DNA of 64,000 nt. Origin: a virus. Location: positions 1 through 64,000 of IMG/VR virus record IMGVR_UViG_3300032288_004815, one strand, 5' to 3'. Made by a program: the position numbers and the translations under genes. Below the pieces are notes generated by a model, which was not told the DNA's origin, ran no database searches, and saw nothing but the letters and a program-made list of their open reading frames with translations. Shown here in pieces: positions 37,764-47,801 of the stretch. How positions within the stretch are numbered: the stretch's first letter is position 1; every line of letters starts with the position of its first letter.

Positions 37764-38396
37764 ATGGCCAATGGATTCGATTTTGATTTCACAGTAGATA
37801 AACTTAATGAATGTGTACATGGTAACCCATACATTCAGCAATGGTATAGCGCATTTTGCAAAATACTGCCCGATTATGAAATTCATACTATTCCCCGTGT
37901 AGCAGCGTTTGTGGCACAAACAGCACACGAAAGTGGGGGATTTAAGTTTATCACAGAAAACTTAAATTACAAAGCAGCTAGTCTACGCCGAGTATGGCCT
38001 AAATATTTTCCCGACGACGAAACTGCTGCAAGATATGCAAATAAACCTGAAATGATTGCTAACCGTGCTTACGGAAATAGAATGGGCAATGGTCCTGAAG
38101 AATCTGGCGACGGTTGGCGTTATCGTGGCAAAGGCCTTATTCAGCTTACTGGCAAAGACAATTATACTCGTTATGCAGAAAGCTTAGAAATTAGCGTTGA
38201 AGAAGCAGCAGAACATTTAACAACCTTTGAAGGTTGTGTACAATCAGCAGCTTGGTTTTGGGAAGCAAATAATCTAAACACTTGGGCAGATAAAGGTGAT
38301 ATACTTACACTGACCAAACGCATTAATGGTGGCACCTTAGGTTTAGAAGATCGCATCAAACATTACAAACATGCAATGGAAGTGTTTAACAGCTGA
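37764..38396 (+). CDS. Endolysin, glycoside hydrolase family 19
   Basis: AQTAHESGGF, ENLNY, YRGKGLIQLTGKDNY, SAAWFW, INGG..G..DR. Confidence 0.92.
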   Translation: MANGFDFDFTVDKLNECVHGNPYIQQWYSAFCKILPDYEIHTIPRVAAFVAQTAHESGGFKFITENLNYKAASLRRVWPKYFPDDETAARYANKPEMIANRAYGNRMGNGPEESGDGWRYRGKGLIQLTGKDNYTRYAESLEISVEEAAEHLTTFEGCVQSAAWFWEANNLNTWADKGDILTLTKRINGGTLGLEDRIKHYKHAMEVFNS

Positions 38397-38884
38397 TGTT
38401 TTTTTTAAGTTTTGTACCCGACGCTTGGTTAGAAATGGCAGTAAATGCCATGTTAATCACGGGCGCAATCTTAACATTTTTAAGCTTTTTTATTATTAAC
38501 AGGATATTAAGTTTTTGGCCTGGACTGTCGCCTTATTATCATGTTTTACAGATAGTCAGTGCTGCCATGTTGCTTGGCGGTGTCTATTTTAAAGGTAGTT
38601 ATCACACTGAAGCGCAATGGCGTGCAAAAGTTGCAGCAGCGGAAGAAAAAGTAAAAATTGCGGAAAAGCAAGCTGCCGAAGCCACAGGCAAAATTGAAAC
38701 TAAAGTTGTGACAAAAACAAAAGTAATAAAAGACAAAGCAGAAATAATTGAAAAAGAAATTGTAAAAGAAATTGTTAAATTCGACACAAAATTTGTGCCT
38801 GGGGGCGAATGTGAAATTCCAAAAGAATTTATTCTACTGCACAATCGTTCTGCAGAATCTCCCGCAGTCAAGGATAAAAAATAA
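38396..38884 (+). CDS. Putative i-spanin (Rz-like)
   Basis: N-terminal TM helices, coiled coil, C-terminal Cys; follows endolysin. Confidence 0.65.
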   Translation: MFFLSFVPDAWLEMAVNAMLITGAILTFLSFFIINRILSFWPGLSPYYHVLQIVSAAMLLGGVYFKGSYHTEAQWRAKVAAAEEKVKIAEKQAAEATGKIETKVVTKTKVIKDKAEIIEKEIVKEIVKFDTKFVPGGECEIPKEFILLHNRSAESPAVKDKK

Positions 38885-39186
38885 TGGACCATGATCAAAA
38901 TCGAAAAAGTACAATTTTTCTATCAACAATCTTTCTTTTGGTTATACTGGCCACTTGTGCGGGTTGTTCTACTCCACCTGTCAAACAAAAATGGCCCGAA
39001 GCCCCTAGTATAGCAATGCAAGCCTGTCCAGACTTAGACAAGTTAGGCAATGATGCTAAACTCAGTGATATTGCAAAAACTATAAACATTAACTACAGTA
39101 GATATTACGAATGTGCAGTTAAGGTTGATGCGTGGATAGAATGGTATAATATACAAAAAACAATTTATGAAAGTACTCACAAATGA
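38884..39186 (+). CDS. Putative o-spanin lipoprotein (Rz1-like)
   Basis: Lipobox CAGC, Pro-rich segment, additional Cys residues. Confidence 0.65.
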   Translation: MDHDQNRKSTIFLSTIFLLVILATCAGCSTPPVKQKWPEAPSIAMQACPDLDKLGNDAKLSDIAKTININYSRYYECAVKVDAWIEWYNIQKTIYESTHK

Positions 39187-39548
39187 AAAGACTTTTAATT
39201 ATATTAGGTTTAAGTTTTTCACTGTCTGCCTGTAGCGTTATAGCAGTGGTGAAAACATACTGGCCACGAAATCATGACCCTGTGATGTTTGACACACTGG
39301 TAGTTGTTGAACAAGAATTAGATGCAGTAGATTGTAAGAAACCAGATTGGTCAAAAGTACATTATCATGTTAAAAAATTAGATAGGTATGCAGCACTGCG
39401 TGATGATCCACAAAAAGAAAATATAAAAGGTCTTAATAATCATATAGAAAAGCTAAGTTCAAACACTAATCCAGTGTTTTGCGACTTAGGCAAAAGAACA
39501 GGCAAACAAAGAATTGAAGCAGCATTTTCTGCTTGGAAGGGACGATAA
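39183..39548 (+). CDS. Lipoprotein
   Basis: Lipobox LSAC. Confidence 0.65.
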   Translation: MKRLLIILGLSFSLSACSVIAVVKTYWPRNHDPVMFDTLVVVEQELDAVDCKKPDWSKVHYHVKKLDRYAALRDDPQKENIKGLNNHIEKLSSNTNPVFCDLGKRTGKQRIEAAFSAWKGR

Positions 39549-39736
39549 TGACAAAGTTGGTAGATGAAATACAATTAATTGATGAACAATATAAACTTGG
39601 TAATATTGGTGCAGAAGAAAGAAATTATCTTTTAACAGAAATACGAGACATTCGTGCTGCACAAGAATGTGCTGGCAACGAAGAACTTTTTAGATATATT
39701 GTTCAATGCTGTAATGTGGCTATGTCAGTGGTATGA
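39548..39736 (+). CDS. Hypothetical protein
   Basis: TAATG-coupled. Confidence 0.5.
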   Translation: MTKLVDEIQLIDEQYKLGNIGAEERNYLLTEIRDIRAAQECAGNEELFRYIVQCCNVAMSVV

Positions 39737-40029
39737 ACAAAACAGAACATTGGACCGAAAAAAAATGGCGTCCAATGATGGGTTGGATGTATATGATTAT
39801 CTGTTTTTTAGATTTCGCTGTGTTTCCAATACTTTGGTCAATTTTACAGGCTTATTACAAAGGTGAAGTTACTAATCAATGGGATCCATTGACGCTACAA
39901 GGTGCAGGTTTATTTCATGTTGCAATGGGTGCAGTTTTAGGGGTAGCTGCATGGAGTCGTGGTCAAGAAAAAATACAAGGAATGCAAAATGAACAGTCAT
40001 CCAGCTTGTCCTCAACTTATAAACCCTAA
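39733..40029 (+). CDS. Putative holin
   Basis: WRPMMGWMY, hydrophobic helices, AVLGVAAWSRGQEKI; lysis-cassette context. Confidence 0.7.
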   Translation: MNKTEHWTEKKWRPMMGWMYMIICFLDFAVFPILWSILQAYYKGEVTNQWDPLTLQGAGLFHVAMGAVLGVAAWSRGQEKIQGMQNEQSSSLSSTYKP

Positions 40030-40185
40030 AGCGCAAACACCAGTTACTCAAGAAAAAACTAACGATTATTTGTCTGATCAGTATCGAGCAGCCTTAGTAC
40101 AAGCAGCTTTAGAGGCGTATCTTCGTAAGGATACAAAAGATAAGTAATTACAAAGGTTCTAATAATTTACACAAAGGAATATATT

Positions 40186-40404
40186 ATGAAATTATATGCA
40201 ATTATTCTAAGTTTGGCAGTTGGGTTAGGTTTAGCTAGCACCGCACAAGCCGAAGCACAAGTGAAAGAAGTTTGTAAAGAAGTAATTGGTAAAGATGGTA
40301 AACCAATGAAAGATGCTAAAGGCAAACCAGTTCAAAAATGTACAAAAATAAAAGTGCATAAAAAAGTTGAAGGCGAAAAAGTGCCTGACAACAAGAAAAA
40401 ATAA
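40186..40404 (+). CDS. Small exported Lys-rich protein
   Basis: Signal peptide AQA; two Cys; AAGGA SD. Confidence 0.6.
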   Translation: MKLYAIILSLAVGLGLASTAQAEAQVKEVCKEVIGKDGKPMKDAKGKPVQKCTKIKVHKKVEGEKVPDNKKK

Positions 40405-40418
40405 TAGACTGGGCTGAT

Positions 40419-40458
40419 AAACCGGACTGTTGACTCTGTCCGGTTTTTCTTTTACAAT
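40419..40458 (+). terminator. Terminator overlapping a sigma70 promoter
   Basis: AAACCGGAC..GTCCGGTTTTTCTTTT hairpin; TTGACT(40430)-N17-TACAAT(40453). Confidence 0.7.
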
Positions 40459-40464
40459 TATAAT

Positions 40465-41295
40465 ATGAGTCATTATGACACTTTGGGCATACAAAGAACT
40501 GCTACGCCTGAGGAAATAAAAAGAGCATATAGAAAATTAGCCAGTCAGCATCACCCTGACAAAGGCGGAGATACGGGTAAATTTCAAGAAGTAGAAGAAG
40601 CATACAGAGTATTAAGCGATCCTCAAAAAAAAGCAGAATATGATAATCCAAGACAAAACAGTGTACACTTTAATTTTGGTGATGGGCAGAACTTTAATTT
40701 AGACGAAATTTTCAACAGATTTGGTTTTGGAAATCCTTTTGCCAATCACCCAAATTTTAGACAGCCCGAACGGCGCAACAAAGATATTCGCGCCGACATT
40801 CACATGTTTTTGGTTGATACACTGATAAGTCAAAGCAAGACATTAAGAATCAAAACCAGTAATGATCAAATACACACCGTGGACATTACTATTCCGGCCG
40901 GCATTACCTCTGGCACTACAATGAAATATCCCGGATTGGGCGACAATATGTTTACCAATCTTCAGCGAGGCGATCTGTATATTACTGTGCATGTAAACAA
41001 TAACACACAGTTTGAAGTAAGTGGTCTAGATCTTTCAACAACCTTGACTGTTAATTGTTTTCAAGCTATAATAGGCAGTGAGCAAACAGTTTTGGGATTA
41101 GACGGAAAACAATTTTTGATTAAAACACCTCCAGGTTGTCAACCAGACACTAAATTAAAAATTGCTGGAGAAGGGTTACCTGCATTTCAAAAAGATATCA
41201 AGGGTAATTTGTACATCAAAATTAAAATTACTATTCCAACTGATCTCGATGACAACGATCTTGAACAAATTCGTAAACTAAACTACAATTCATAA
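40465..41295 (+). CDS. DnaJ/CbpA-like co-chaperone (no Zn finger)
   Basis: J domain with HPD; G/F-rich linker; GDLY C-terminal domains. Confidence 0.92.
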   Translation: MSHYDTLGIQRTATPEEIKRAYRKLASQHHPDKGGDTGKFQEVEEAYRVLSDPQKKAEYDNPRQNSVHFNFGDGQNFNLDEIFNRFGFGNPFANHPNFRQPERRNKDIRADIHMFLVDTLISQSKTLRIKTSNDQIHTVDITIPAGITSGTTMKYPGLGDNMFTNLQRGDLYITVHVNNNTQFEVSGLDLSTTLTVNCFQAIIGSEQTVLGLDGKQFLIKTPPGCQPDTKLKIAGEGLPAFQKDIKGNLYIKIKITIPTDLDDNDLEQIRKLNYNS

Positions 41296-41303
41296 ATATT
41301 TTT

Positions 41304-43598
41304 ATGCTTGAATCAGGTCCAGAAATTGATAAACTTATTTTAGCAGCAACAAAAATTGCCGCTGATAAAAATCATCAGTATTTTACATTAGAGCATTTGG
41401 CTTTGGCCATGGTCACTGATGAATCTTTCGGACAATTTTGTCGAGACTATGGAGCAGATGTCGATGCGTTGACCCGGGATCTTCAAAACTATCTAGATCA
41501 ACAAACAGAAATTTTAGTCAACAAAAACAAAACTGGTACTCCAAAGAAAACAAGAACACTGGAAAGAGTTTTTAATAGAGCGTTTACACAGGTATTGTTT
41601 AGTGGTAGAAACAATCTACAAGTGATTGATCTATTCTTGAGCATTCTTGATGAAGAAGCCAGTCATGCTGTTTATTTTCTAACAAAGTACGGTTTTGAAA
41701 AAGACAAAATTATTAACTTTTGGAATAAAAGTTTTACCAAAACACACAAGAGAAAACCCAATAATCAAATCGAAGCTATTCTAAACGAATACTGCGATAA
41801 CTTGAATGTCAAAGCACAAAAAGGCAACATTGATCCTGTTATTGGTAGAGATTCAGAAATACAAGAAATTGTAGAAGTGTTGGCCAAACGAAACAAGTCT
41901 AACATTTTAATGGTAGGCGATCCCGGTGTAGGTAAAACAGCCATAGCCGAAGGACTGGCAAGAAAAATCATTGAGCAAGAAGTACCTGAATATCTATTGA
42001 ATCACACAGTGTATAATTTAGATATTGGAAGTCTGTTAGCAGGCAGTAAATATCGGGGTGAATTTGAAGAAAAATTCAAAGATGTAATGAAGGCCTTGGC
42101 CACAAAAGAAAAATGTATTTTGTTCATTGATGAAGCACATACAATGCGTGGGGCTGGGTCAGGTAGCAGCAGTAGTTTAGATTTTAGCAACATGATTAAA
42201 CCTGCGCTTACTAAAAGTAATATTAAAGTCATAGCTTCCACAACTTGGGAAGAATACAGTCAAAGCTTTGAAAAAGATCGTGCGCTAATGCGTCGTTTTT
42301 ATCGTATGACAGTTGAAGAGCCCACACCCGTTGTGGCCAAAGAAATATTGCACGGACTTAAAGATTACTTTGAAGAATTTCATAACGGTTCTGTAAGCAA
42401 CGAAGCCATTGACGCCGCAGTGGATCTCAGCGTAAGGTTTCAAACAGATAAGAGATTGCCCGACAAAGCCATTGATCTAATTGATGCCAGCATGGCAAGA
42501 TTAAAACTTGTTGCTCCTAATTTTGTACTGCGTAAAAGTCATATTATTGACAGTCTAAGTAAATTTACCAAGATACCAGTTTATCAATTGGATAATGAAA
42601 CTACAAAAAATCTAGAAAATCTTGAACCAAATATTAAAACAAGGTTGTTTGGCCAAGACTTTGCTGTGGAAAATGTATTAGATAAAATTTATGTCAGCCG
42701 TGCAGGACTAAAGTCGCTGAATAAACCTGTGGGCAGCTTTTTATTCTTAGGACCCACAGGCACTGGTAAAACAGAACTGGCAAAATTGTTGGCAGAAAAT
42801 CTTGGCATGAAGCTGTTGAGATATGACATGAGTGAATATCAAGAAAAACATTCAGTGGCCAAGCTGATCGGAGCTCCCCCCGGATATGTTGGCTATGATG
42901 ATGGAAATCTCGGCGGCGGCTTATTGATCAGCGAAGTTGAAAAGAATCCCAACTGTATTATATTATTTGATGAAATTGAAAAAGCACACCCGGATGTCAG
43001 CAACCTTTTGTTGAGTTTAATGGACGAGGGTGTGATAACCAGCAGTAACGGTAAAAAAGCTGATTGCAGAAACAGCATTGTTATTCTTACCAGTAACTTA
43101 GGTGCTCAAGACAGCGAACGCAATAGTATTGGATTTACCAGTCTCGAACGCCAAGGCGAAGATGATCAAGCAGTAAAAGATTTTTTTAAACCTGAGTTTA
43201 GAAATAGATTAGATGGTGTTGTCAAATTCAATAAATTGAACAAAAATCATATTGAAAAAATTGTTGATAAGTTTGTTAAAGAAATTAACGATTTGCTCAG
43301 CGACAAGCACATCACTATTAAACTCAGATCCAGTGCAGTGGATGAAATTATTGAAAAAGGCTACGACAGCAAAATGGGTGCAAGACCCTTGGCTCGTAAA
43401 ATCAATGAATTAATTAAAACACCGTTAAGTAAAAAGATTTTATTTGAAAATCTGCAAAATTGTACAGTGATCATTGATTTTATTGACCAACAATTTGATT
43501 TTGATGTAAGAGAAAATGAATACATTCTTTATCCCACTAACAAAGCAATAGATGAAAATGGATATGTTGTCTTGGACGAAGTTAAATCCAACCTGTAA
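41304..43598 (+). CDS. clpA: ATP-dependent Clp protease ATPase subunit ClpA
   Basis: Clp-N domain; GDPGVGKT and GPTGTGKT; IGF loop (NSIGF); no ClpB middle domain; GARPL. Confidence 0.9.
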   Translation: MLESGPEIDKLILAATKIAADKNHQYFTLEHLALAMVTDESFGQFCRDYGADVDALTRDLQNYLDQQTEILVNKNKTGTPKKTRTLERVFNRAFTQVLFSGRNNLQVIDLFLSILDEEASHAVYFLTKYGFEKDKIINFWNKSFTKTHKRKPNNQIEAILNEYCDNLNVKAQKGNIDPVIGRDSEIQEIVEVLAKRNKSNILMVGDPGVGKTAIAEGLARKIIEQEVPEYLLNHTVYNLDIGSLLAGSKYRGEFEEKFKDVMKALATKEKCILFIDEAHTMRGAGSGSSSSLDFSNMIKPALTKSNIKVIASTTWEEYSQSFEKDRALMRRFYRMTVEEPTPVVAKEILHGLKDYFEEFHNGSVSNEAIDAAVDLSVRFQTDKRLPDKAIDLIDASMARLKLVAPNFVLRKSHIIDSLSKFTKIPVYQLDNETTKNLENLEPNIKTRLFGQDFAVENVLDKIYVSRAGLKSLNKPVGSFLFLGPTGTGKTELAKLLAENLGMKLLRYDMSEYQEKHSVAKLIGAPPGYVGYDDGNLGGGLLISEVEKNPNCIILFDEIEKAHPDVSNLLLSLMDEGVITSSNGKKADCRNSIVILTSNLGAQDSERNSIGFTSLERQGEDDQAVKDFFKPEFRNRLDGVVKFNKLNKNHIEKIVDKFVKEINDLLSDKHITIKLRSSAVDEIIEKGYDSKMGARPLARKINELIKTPLSKKILFENLQNCTVIIDFIDQQFDFDVRENEYILYPTNKAIDENGYVVLDEVKSNL

Positions 43599-44286
43599 GG
43601 TCAAGGATACAAAAAAAATTTTTTACAGCCGATATTTGTACAAGGCTGTGCTGTATGTACCTATGGGTCAAATAGTCAGAGACGACAACGATGACAGTAT
43701 GATAATCGAAGCACAAATTGCTGCTAGAAAATCAAATTTTATTCGTTTTGGCAATCCTGGAACTTGGGCTTATTCTAATAGACGAAAACAATATGAACAT
43801 GCACGAGTAGATCAATTGATGTATTGGAAACAAAATTTTGTAAAACACAAGGATCAACTTAGGTATAGAATTGAAGAACCTTTAATACAGTTATACAGTA
43901 ACAATGAACAATTAATTTATGATTTAGTTGCTCAAGACAGCACAGCACTGCGTGAAATATATAGACCTAATAATAATTTAGCAAAATTGGCCTTGGAATC
44001 AAATCAAATTGTTGTTTCACGGCTGCCGGAGTATGAATACAAAATTTATCTTCGTGAGGGGATAAATCTAACCAACGACATACGAATAAGTATTGGTCAG
44101 TACTTAACAAATTTAGGCAGCGAAGTAAAGATCCCCGCAGCAACTTTACATAATTTTACCACAAGAAAATTATGGTTTACAAACTGTTATCTTTATGCTA
44201 AAGATAGTCAAATTGCCACTTTTCTAACATTAATGGCCCCAGGTATCATTGCAGGAATTTTTAAACAGGTATATATAAAACCATAA
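43552..44286 (+). CDS. Hypothetical protein
   Basis: 244-aa ORF. Confidence 0.6.
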   Translation: MKMDMLSWTKLNPTCKVKDTKKIFYSRYLYKAVLYVPMGQIVRDDNDDSMIIEAQIAARKSNFIRFGNPGTWAYSNRRKQYEHARVDQLMYWKQNFVKHKDQLRYRIEEPLIQLYSNNEQLIYDLVAQDSTALREIYRPNNNLAKLALESNQIVVSRLPEYEYKIYLREGINLTNDIRISIGQYLTNLGSEVKIPAATLHNFTTRKLWFTNCYLYAKDSQIATFLTLMAPGIIAGIFKQVYIKP

Positions 44287-44312
44287 ATAATTTAAAATTC
44301 AAGGACTGCACT

Positions 44313-44477
44313 ATGGCCAAAATTCAAGAACAAAATATTGTAATTACCGTTAGTAAACTAGTCAAAAACGACCAAGCAGACAAGTTGGTAATTTCACAAG
44401 AAGTTGCAGATGCTCTGGCATCTGTAGCAGAAGAATTACTAGGCAACAGTGTTGTTGTCGAAGTTAACTTAGCATAA
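44313..44477 (+). CDS. Small hypothetical protein
   Basis: 54-aa MAKIQEQNIVITVSKLVK...; TAAATA plus AAGGA upstream. Confidence 0.6.
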   Translation: MAKIQEQNIVITVSKLVKNDQADKLVISQEVADALASVAEELLGNSVVVEVNLA

Positions 44478-44500
44478 TCAACCACTTAAGAAAGAAACTC

Positions 44501-45436
44501 ATGAGCGATTCAAACAAAACAGTCGAAGCTAAAGAAATTACCCCCACTGAAACTTCAACCCCAGTTCCTAAACTTACTAAAGCCATTATGCCTGTGCCTG
44601 ATTTGGCAAAAACTGCTCCTCAGATGCCACAAGGTAATCAATTTGATTTTAGTAAGGTACATGTACACTTTGCAGTACCCTGTTATGGCGGTATGGTCAG
44701 TGAACCTACTATGACCAGCTTCTTGCGTTTTACACTATTGGCACAGCGAGTAGGACTAAACTGGAGCTTGGACACTATGGTCAATGAATCATTGGTCACA
44801 AGAGCAAGAAATAACTTATGTGCTAAAATGATGACTAATGCGGCTGCTACACATTTTATGTTTATTGATGCTGATATTAGATTTGAACCCGAAGCTATTT
44901 TTGGCATGATTGCAGCAGACAAAGATGTTATTGGTGGTCTGTATCCTAAAAAATCATTACCCATTGACTATGTTATCAATTTGAAGAACGGTGGTCGCAT
45001 TGAGGGACCTATTTTCCAAGTAGACACACAGGGCACAGGTTTCTTATTGTTCAGAAAGTCAGTGTATGAACAGCTGATCAAGGCTCACCCAGAGTGCAAG
45101 TATGTAGACGACATTGGCCTGGGCAAGCAGTTTGAACCGTTTATGTACAGTATTTTTGACACTGTAATCGATGAGCGTGGTCACTATCTCAGCGAAGACT
45201 GGACTTTCTGTCGTCGCTGGCAGGCCATGGGCGGCGATATTTGGGCTGACAGCCGTGTGCTATTGAATCATATTGGACATTATGAATTCAAGGGTGATTT
45301 GGCAGCACTAGAGCGCAAAGGTCTCAAGCGAGTTGATGCTAACAGTCCTGAAGGCCAGGCTGCAATAGAAGCACAAAAGGCCGCAGCGCAAAAGGCACTG
45401 GGAACGGCCAAAGTGGCAGTAAATGAATCAGCCTAA
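44501..45436 (+). CDS. GT-A fold glycosyltransferase-like protein
   Basis: ESLVTRARN, FIDAD (DxD), GTGFLL, YLSEDWTFC, HIG. Confidence 0.8.
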   Translation: MSDSNKTVEAKEITPTETSTPVPKLTKAIMPVPDLAKTAPQMPQGNQFDFSKVHVHFAVPCYGGMVSEPTMTSFLRFTLLAQRVGLNWSLDTMVNESLVTRARNNLCAKMMTNAAATHFMFIDADIRFEPEAIFGMIAADKDVIGGLYPKKSLPIDYVINLKNGGRIEGPIFQVDTQGTGFLLFRKSVYEQLIKAHPECKYVDDIGLGKQFEPFMYSIFDTVIDERGHYLSEDWTFCRRWQAMGGDIWADSRVLLNHIGHYEFKGDLAALERKGLKRVDANSPEGQAAIEAQKAAAQKALGTAKVAVNESA

Positions 45437-45866
45437 GGAAACACTGAATTTTAAAATAACTTTAAGCGGCACTTACTGGGACAAAGTGCCTGCTTACAGT
45501 GTGTTGCTTGACTCAGTGTTATTTGCTCAAGGTTCAGCTACTAAAGAACCCATAACAGTTGAGTTTACAACTGATGTAGATGAAGACAAAGAACATATAC
45601 TGGAAATAAGACTAGAAAATAAAAAAAACAGTGACACTGTTGAAAATGAAAGTCAAACAGCAATTGTTAAAGATCTTTTGTTGAACATTGACAAGATTGA
45701 AATTGACGAAATAGACATTGCTGCACTTAAATGGTCAGCCAGTGAATTTATAGCAGACGACGCAGATAGACCCTTGCTGAAAAACTGTGTTAATTTAGGA
45801 TGGAATGGCAGCTATAAATTGAAGTTTTCAAGCCCATTTTATCTTTGGTTGTTAGAAAACATGTAA
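45423..45866 (+). CDS. Hypothetical beta-rich protein
   Basis: Ends GWNGSYKLKFSSPFYLWLLENM. Confidence 0.6.
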   Translation: MNQPKETLNFKITLSGTYWDKVPAYSVLLDSVLFAQGSATKEPITVEFTTDVDEDKEHILEIRLENKKNSDTVENESQTAIVKDLLLNIDKIEIDEIDIAALKWSASEFIADDADRPLLKNCVNLGWNGSYKLKFSSPFYLWLLENM

Positions 45867-45896
45867 AGCTAAATACTGTATTAGATTTAATACAGT

Positions 45897-47801
45897 ATGT
45901 TTGCACACGAATTATACGAACAAAACAAACCCCGTGTTATTGTAACTTATCCAGGCCGTTTTCAGCCTTTTCATCAAGGACACGCGGAAGTTTTTGCACA
46001 GTTACAAAAGAAATTTGGTGCAGACAATGTTTTTATTGTCACTAGCAATGATACCAGCAGTGCTAAAAGTCCTTTTAATTTTGCTGACAAGTATCAATTG
46101 ATCACAGCAGCAGGTATCGCTGGAAATCACATTGTTGAAGCTAACAAAATGTATGTGTTACCTGATGGCATTGATCCAGCAAACACTGTGTTTATCGCTG
46201 CTGTAGGCGGGCCGGATGCTGATAGACTGCGCCCAGACAGTGTAACCAAAAGAGATCAAAAGGACGAACAAGGTAATATAATTAAACCTGCAGGAAGTCC
46301 CGGTTATTACAAAACTTGGGGTATTGATCCAAAACCTGTAACAGCAGACAAGCACGGTTATGTTATTGTTATTCCCGAAGTTCGAAAATCAATAACAATA
46401 AAAGGCAAAGAATATGATGTAAGTCATGGCACCGAATGCCGTAATTTATGGAACGCAATTAGAAATGATCAAAAATCAAGACAAGAATTTTTAGGTCAAA
46501 TGTATCGAAGACCTAGCGCAGAAATTGCAGCTATTTACGATAAAATTCCACAGAGCGCCACTGAAGATATTGTAGGTGTAAGTTCAGACACCAGCAGTCC
46601 TATTCCAGGCAGATTAGAAGAAATGGGTGGAGTTGGTGTTATTGCTAGCAAACGACAGGCAAAAGATCCAAGATATAGTAACAGTCTTACAAAAGATGTT
46701 AGACCAGGTGCAATAGAAAAAAATCTCAAAGCTTTTAGATTAGCTGAAGACGAAGACAGCAATAAGCTTGCATTGGCTGCTTTAGACTTTTACAAGAACC
46801 AAGTAGGCAATATTCAAGCTCAGCCCGTTGACAACTATACTAATCAAGCTAAACAATTACTTGCTCGTGCAGATTCAGACATTAAGCCTAAAGTATTAGA
46901 CATTCTTAAAAAAGGACAAAAGAATCCTTATCTGCAAGGTGGCATTATTACCACTGTGGGTGCATTATTAGCCGGTGGCTTACTGGCCAGTGCCCAGCAA
47001 ATGAATTTAAATCCTACACAAACTAACATGTTGTTACAGGCTGTGTTAAACACAGTTATTCCAACAATGGTCAGTCGTGTCAATGGAAAAAGTTGGATAG
47101 ATACTATTAAATATACTTTGGCCAGTGCTGGCATCGGGACTGGCATTGCAGCAGTAACGGAACAACAACCCACACTGACTGGCAAATTGCCTATGGTTAC
47201 ACCACCTGGCCTAAAAAGTCCTCAACAACAGGCAGCAGCACAGTTAGGCCATGGCGAAGAAGAACTTGAAGAAAAATGGACAAAAAAATATAAACAAGCC
47301 ATCAACTGCAATAATCCCAAAGGTTTCAGCCAGCGAGCTCACTGTGCTGGTCGTCGTGCAAGACAAGCAGGTCATAGTACAAAAAGTAAATCTGTAAGTG
47401 AAGATCAAAATAACAGCATCAGTAAAGAAGAAATTATACAAATGCTGTCAGACTTTTTGCCAATGGCCGCAGAACAACTGAACCTTAAAAAATTACCGCA
47501 AATCATAATTCAAAAACATGTTGAAACACATGACGGTCAAGCAACTTTCGGTCGTTTTGTCAATGATGAAGTTAAAATATATATAAGCATAGCAGACAGG
47601 CACCCTGTAGACATACTGCGTACATTAGCTCATGAACTAGTACATTTTAAACAATTTATAGATGGAAAAATGTATCAGGGTGCAGGTGAAACTGGTACTC
47701 CTATTGAAAATCAAGCCAATGCAGTTGCTGGCATAATCATGCGTAACTTTAACAAAAAGTATCCAGATGCAGTAAAAAGTAAACCCTTGGAGTTGCAATG
47801 A
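45897..47801 (+). CDS. Mosaic protein: HIGH-type nucleotidyltransferase + short modules + C-terminal zincin-like domain
   Basis: YPGRFQPFHQGH; internal modules starting after L/V-x-E; RTLAHELVH (HExxH). Confidence 0.7.
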   Translation: MFAHELYEQNKPRVIVTYPGRFQPFHQGHAEVFAQLQKKFGADNVFIVTSNDTSSAKSPFNFADKYQLITAAGIAGNHIVEANKMYVLPDGIDPANTVFIAAVGGPDADRLRPDSVTKRDQKDEQGNIIKPAGSPGYYKTWGIDPKPVTADKHGYVIVIPEVRKSITIKGKEYDVSHGTECRNLWNAIRNDQKSRQEFLGQMYRRPSAEIAAIYDKIPQSATEDIVGVSSDTSSPIPGRLEEMGGVGVIASKRQAKDPRYSNSLTKDVRPGAIEKNLKAFRLAEDEDSNKLALAALDFYKNQVGNIQAQPVDNYTNQAKQLLARADSDIKPKVLDILKKGQKNPYLQGGIITTVGALLAGGLLASAQQMNLNPTQTNMLLQAVLNTVIPTMVSRVNGKSWIDTIKYTLASAGIGTGIAAVTEQQPTLTGKLPMVTPPGLKSPQQQAAAQLGHGEEELEEKWTKKYKQAINCNNPKGFSQRAHCAGRRARQAGHSTKSKSVSEDQNNSISKEEIIQMLSDFLPMAAEQLNLKKLPQIIIQKHVETHDGQATFGRFVNDEVKIYISIADRHPVDILRTLAHELVHFKQFIDGKMYQGAGETGTPIENQANAVAGIIMRNFNKKYPDAVKSKPLELQ

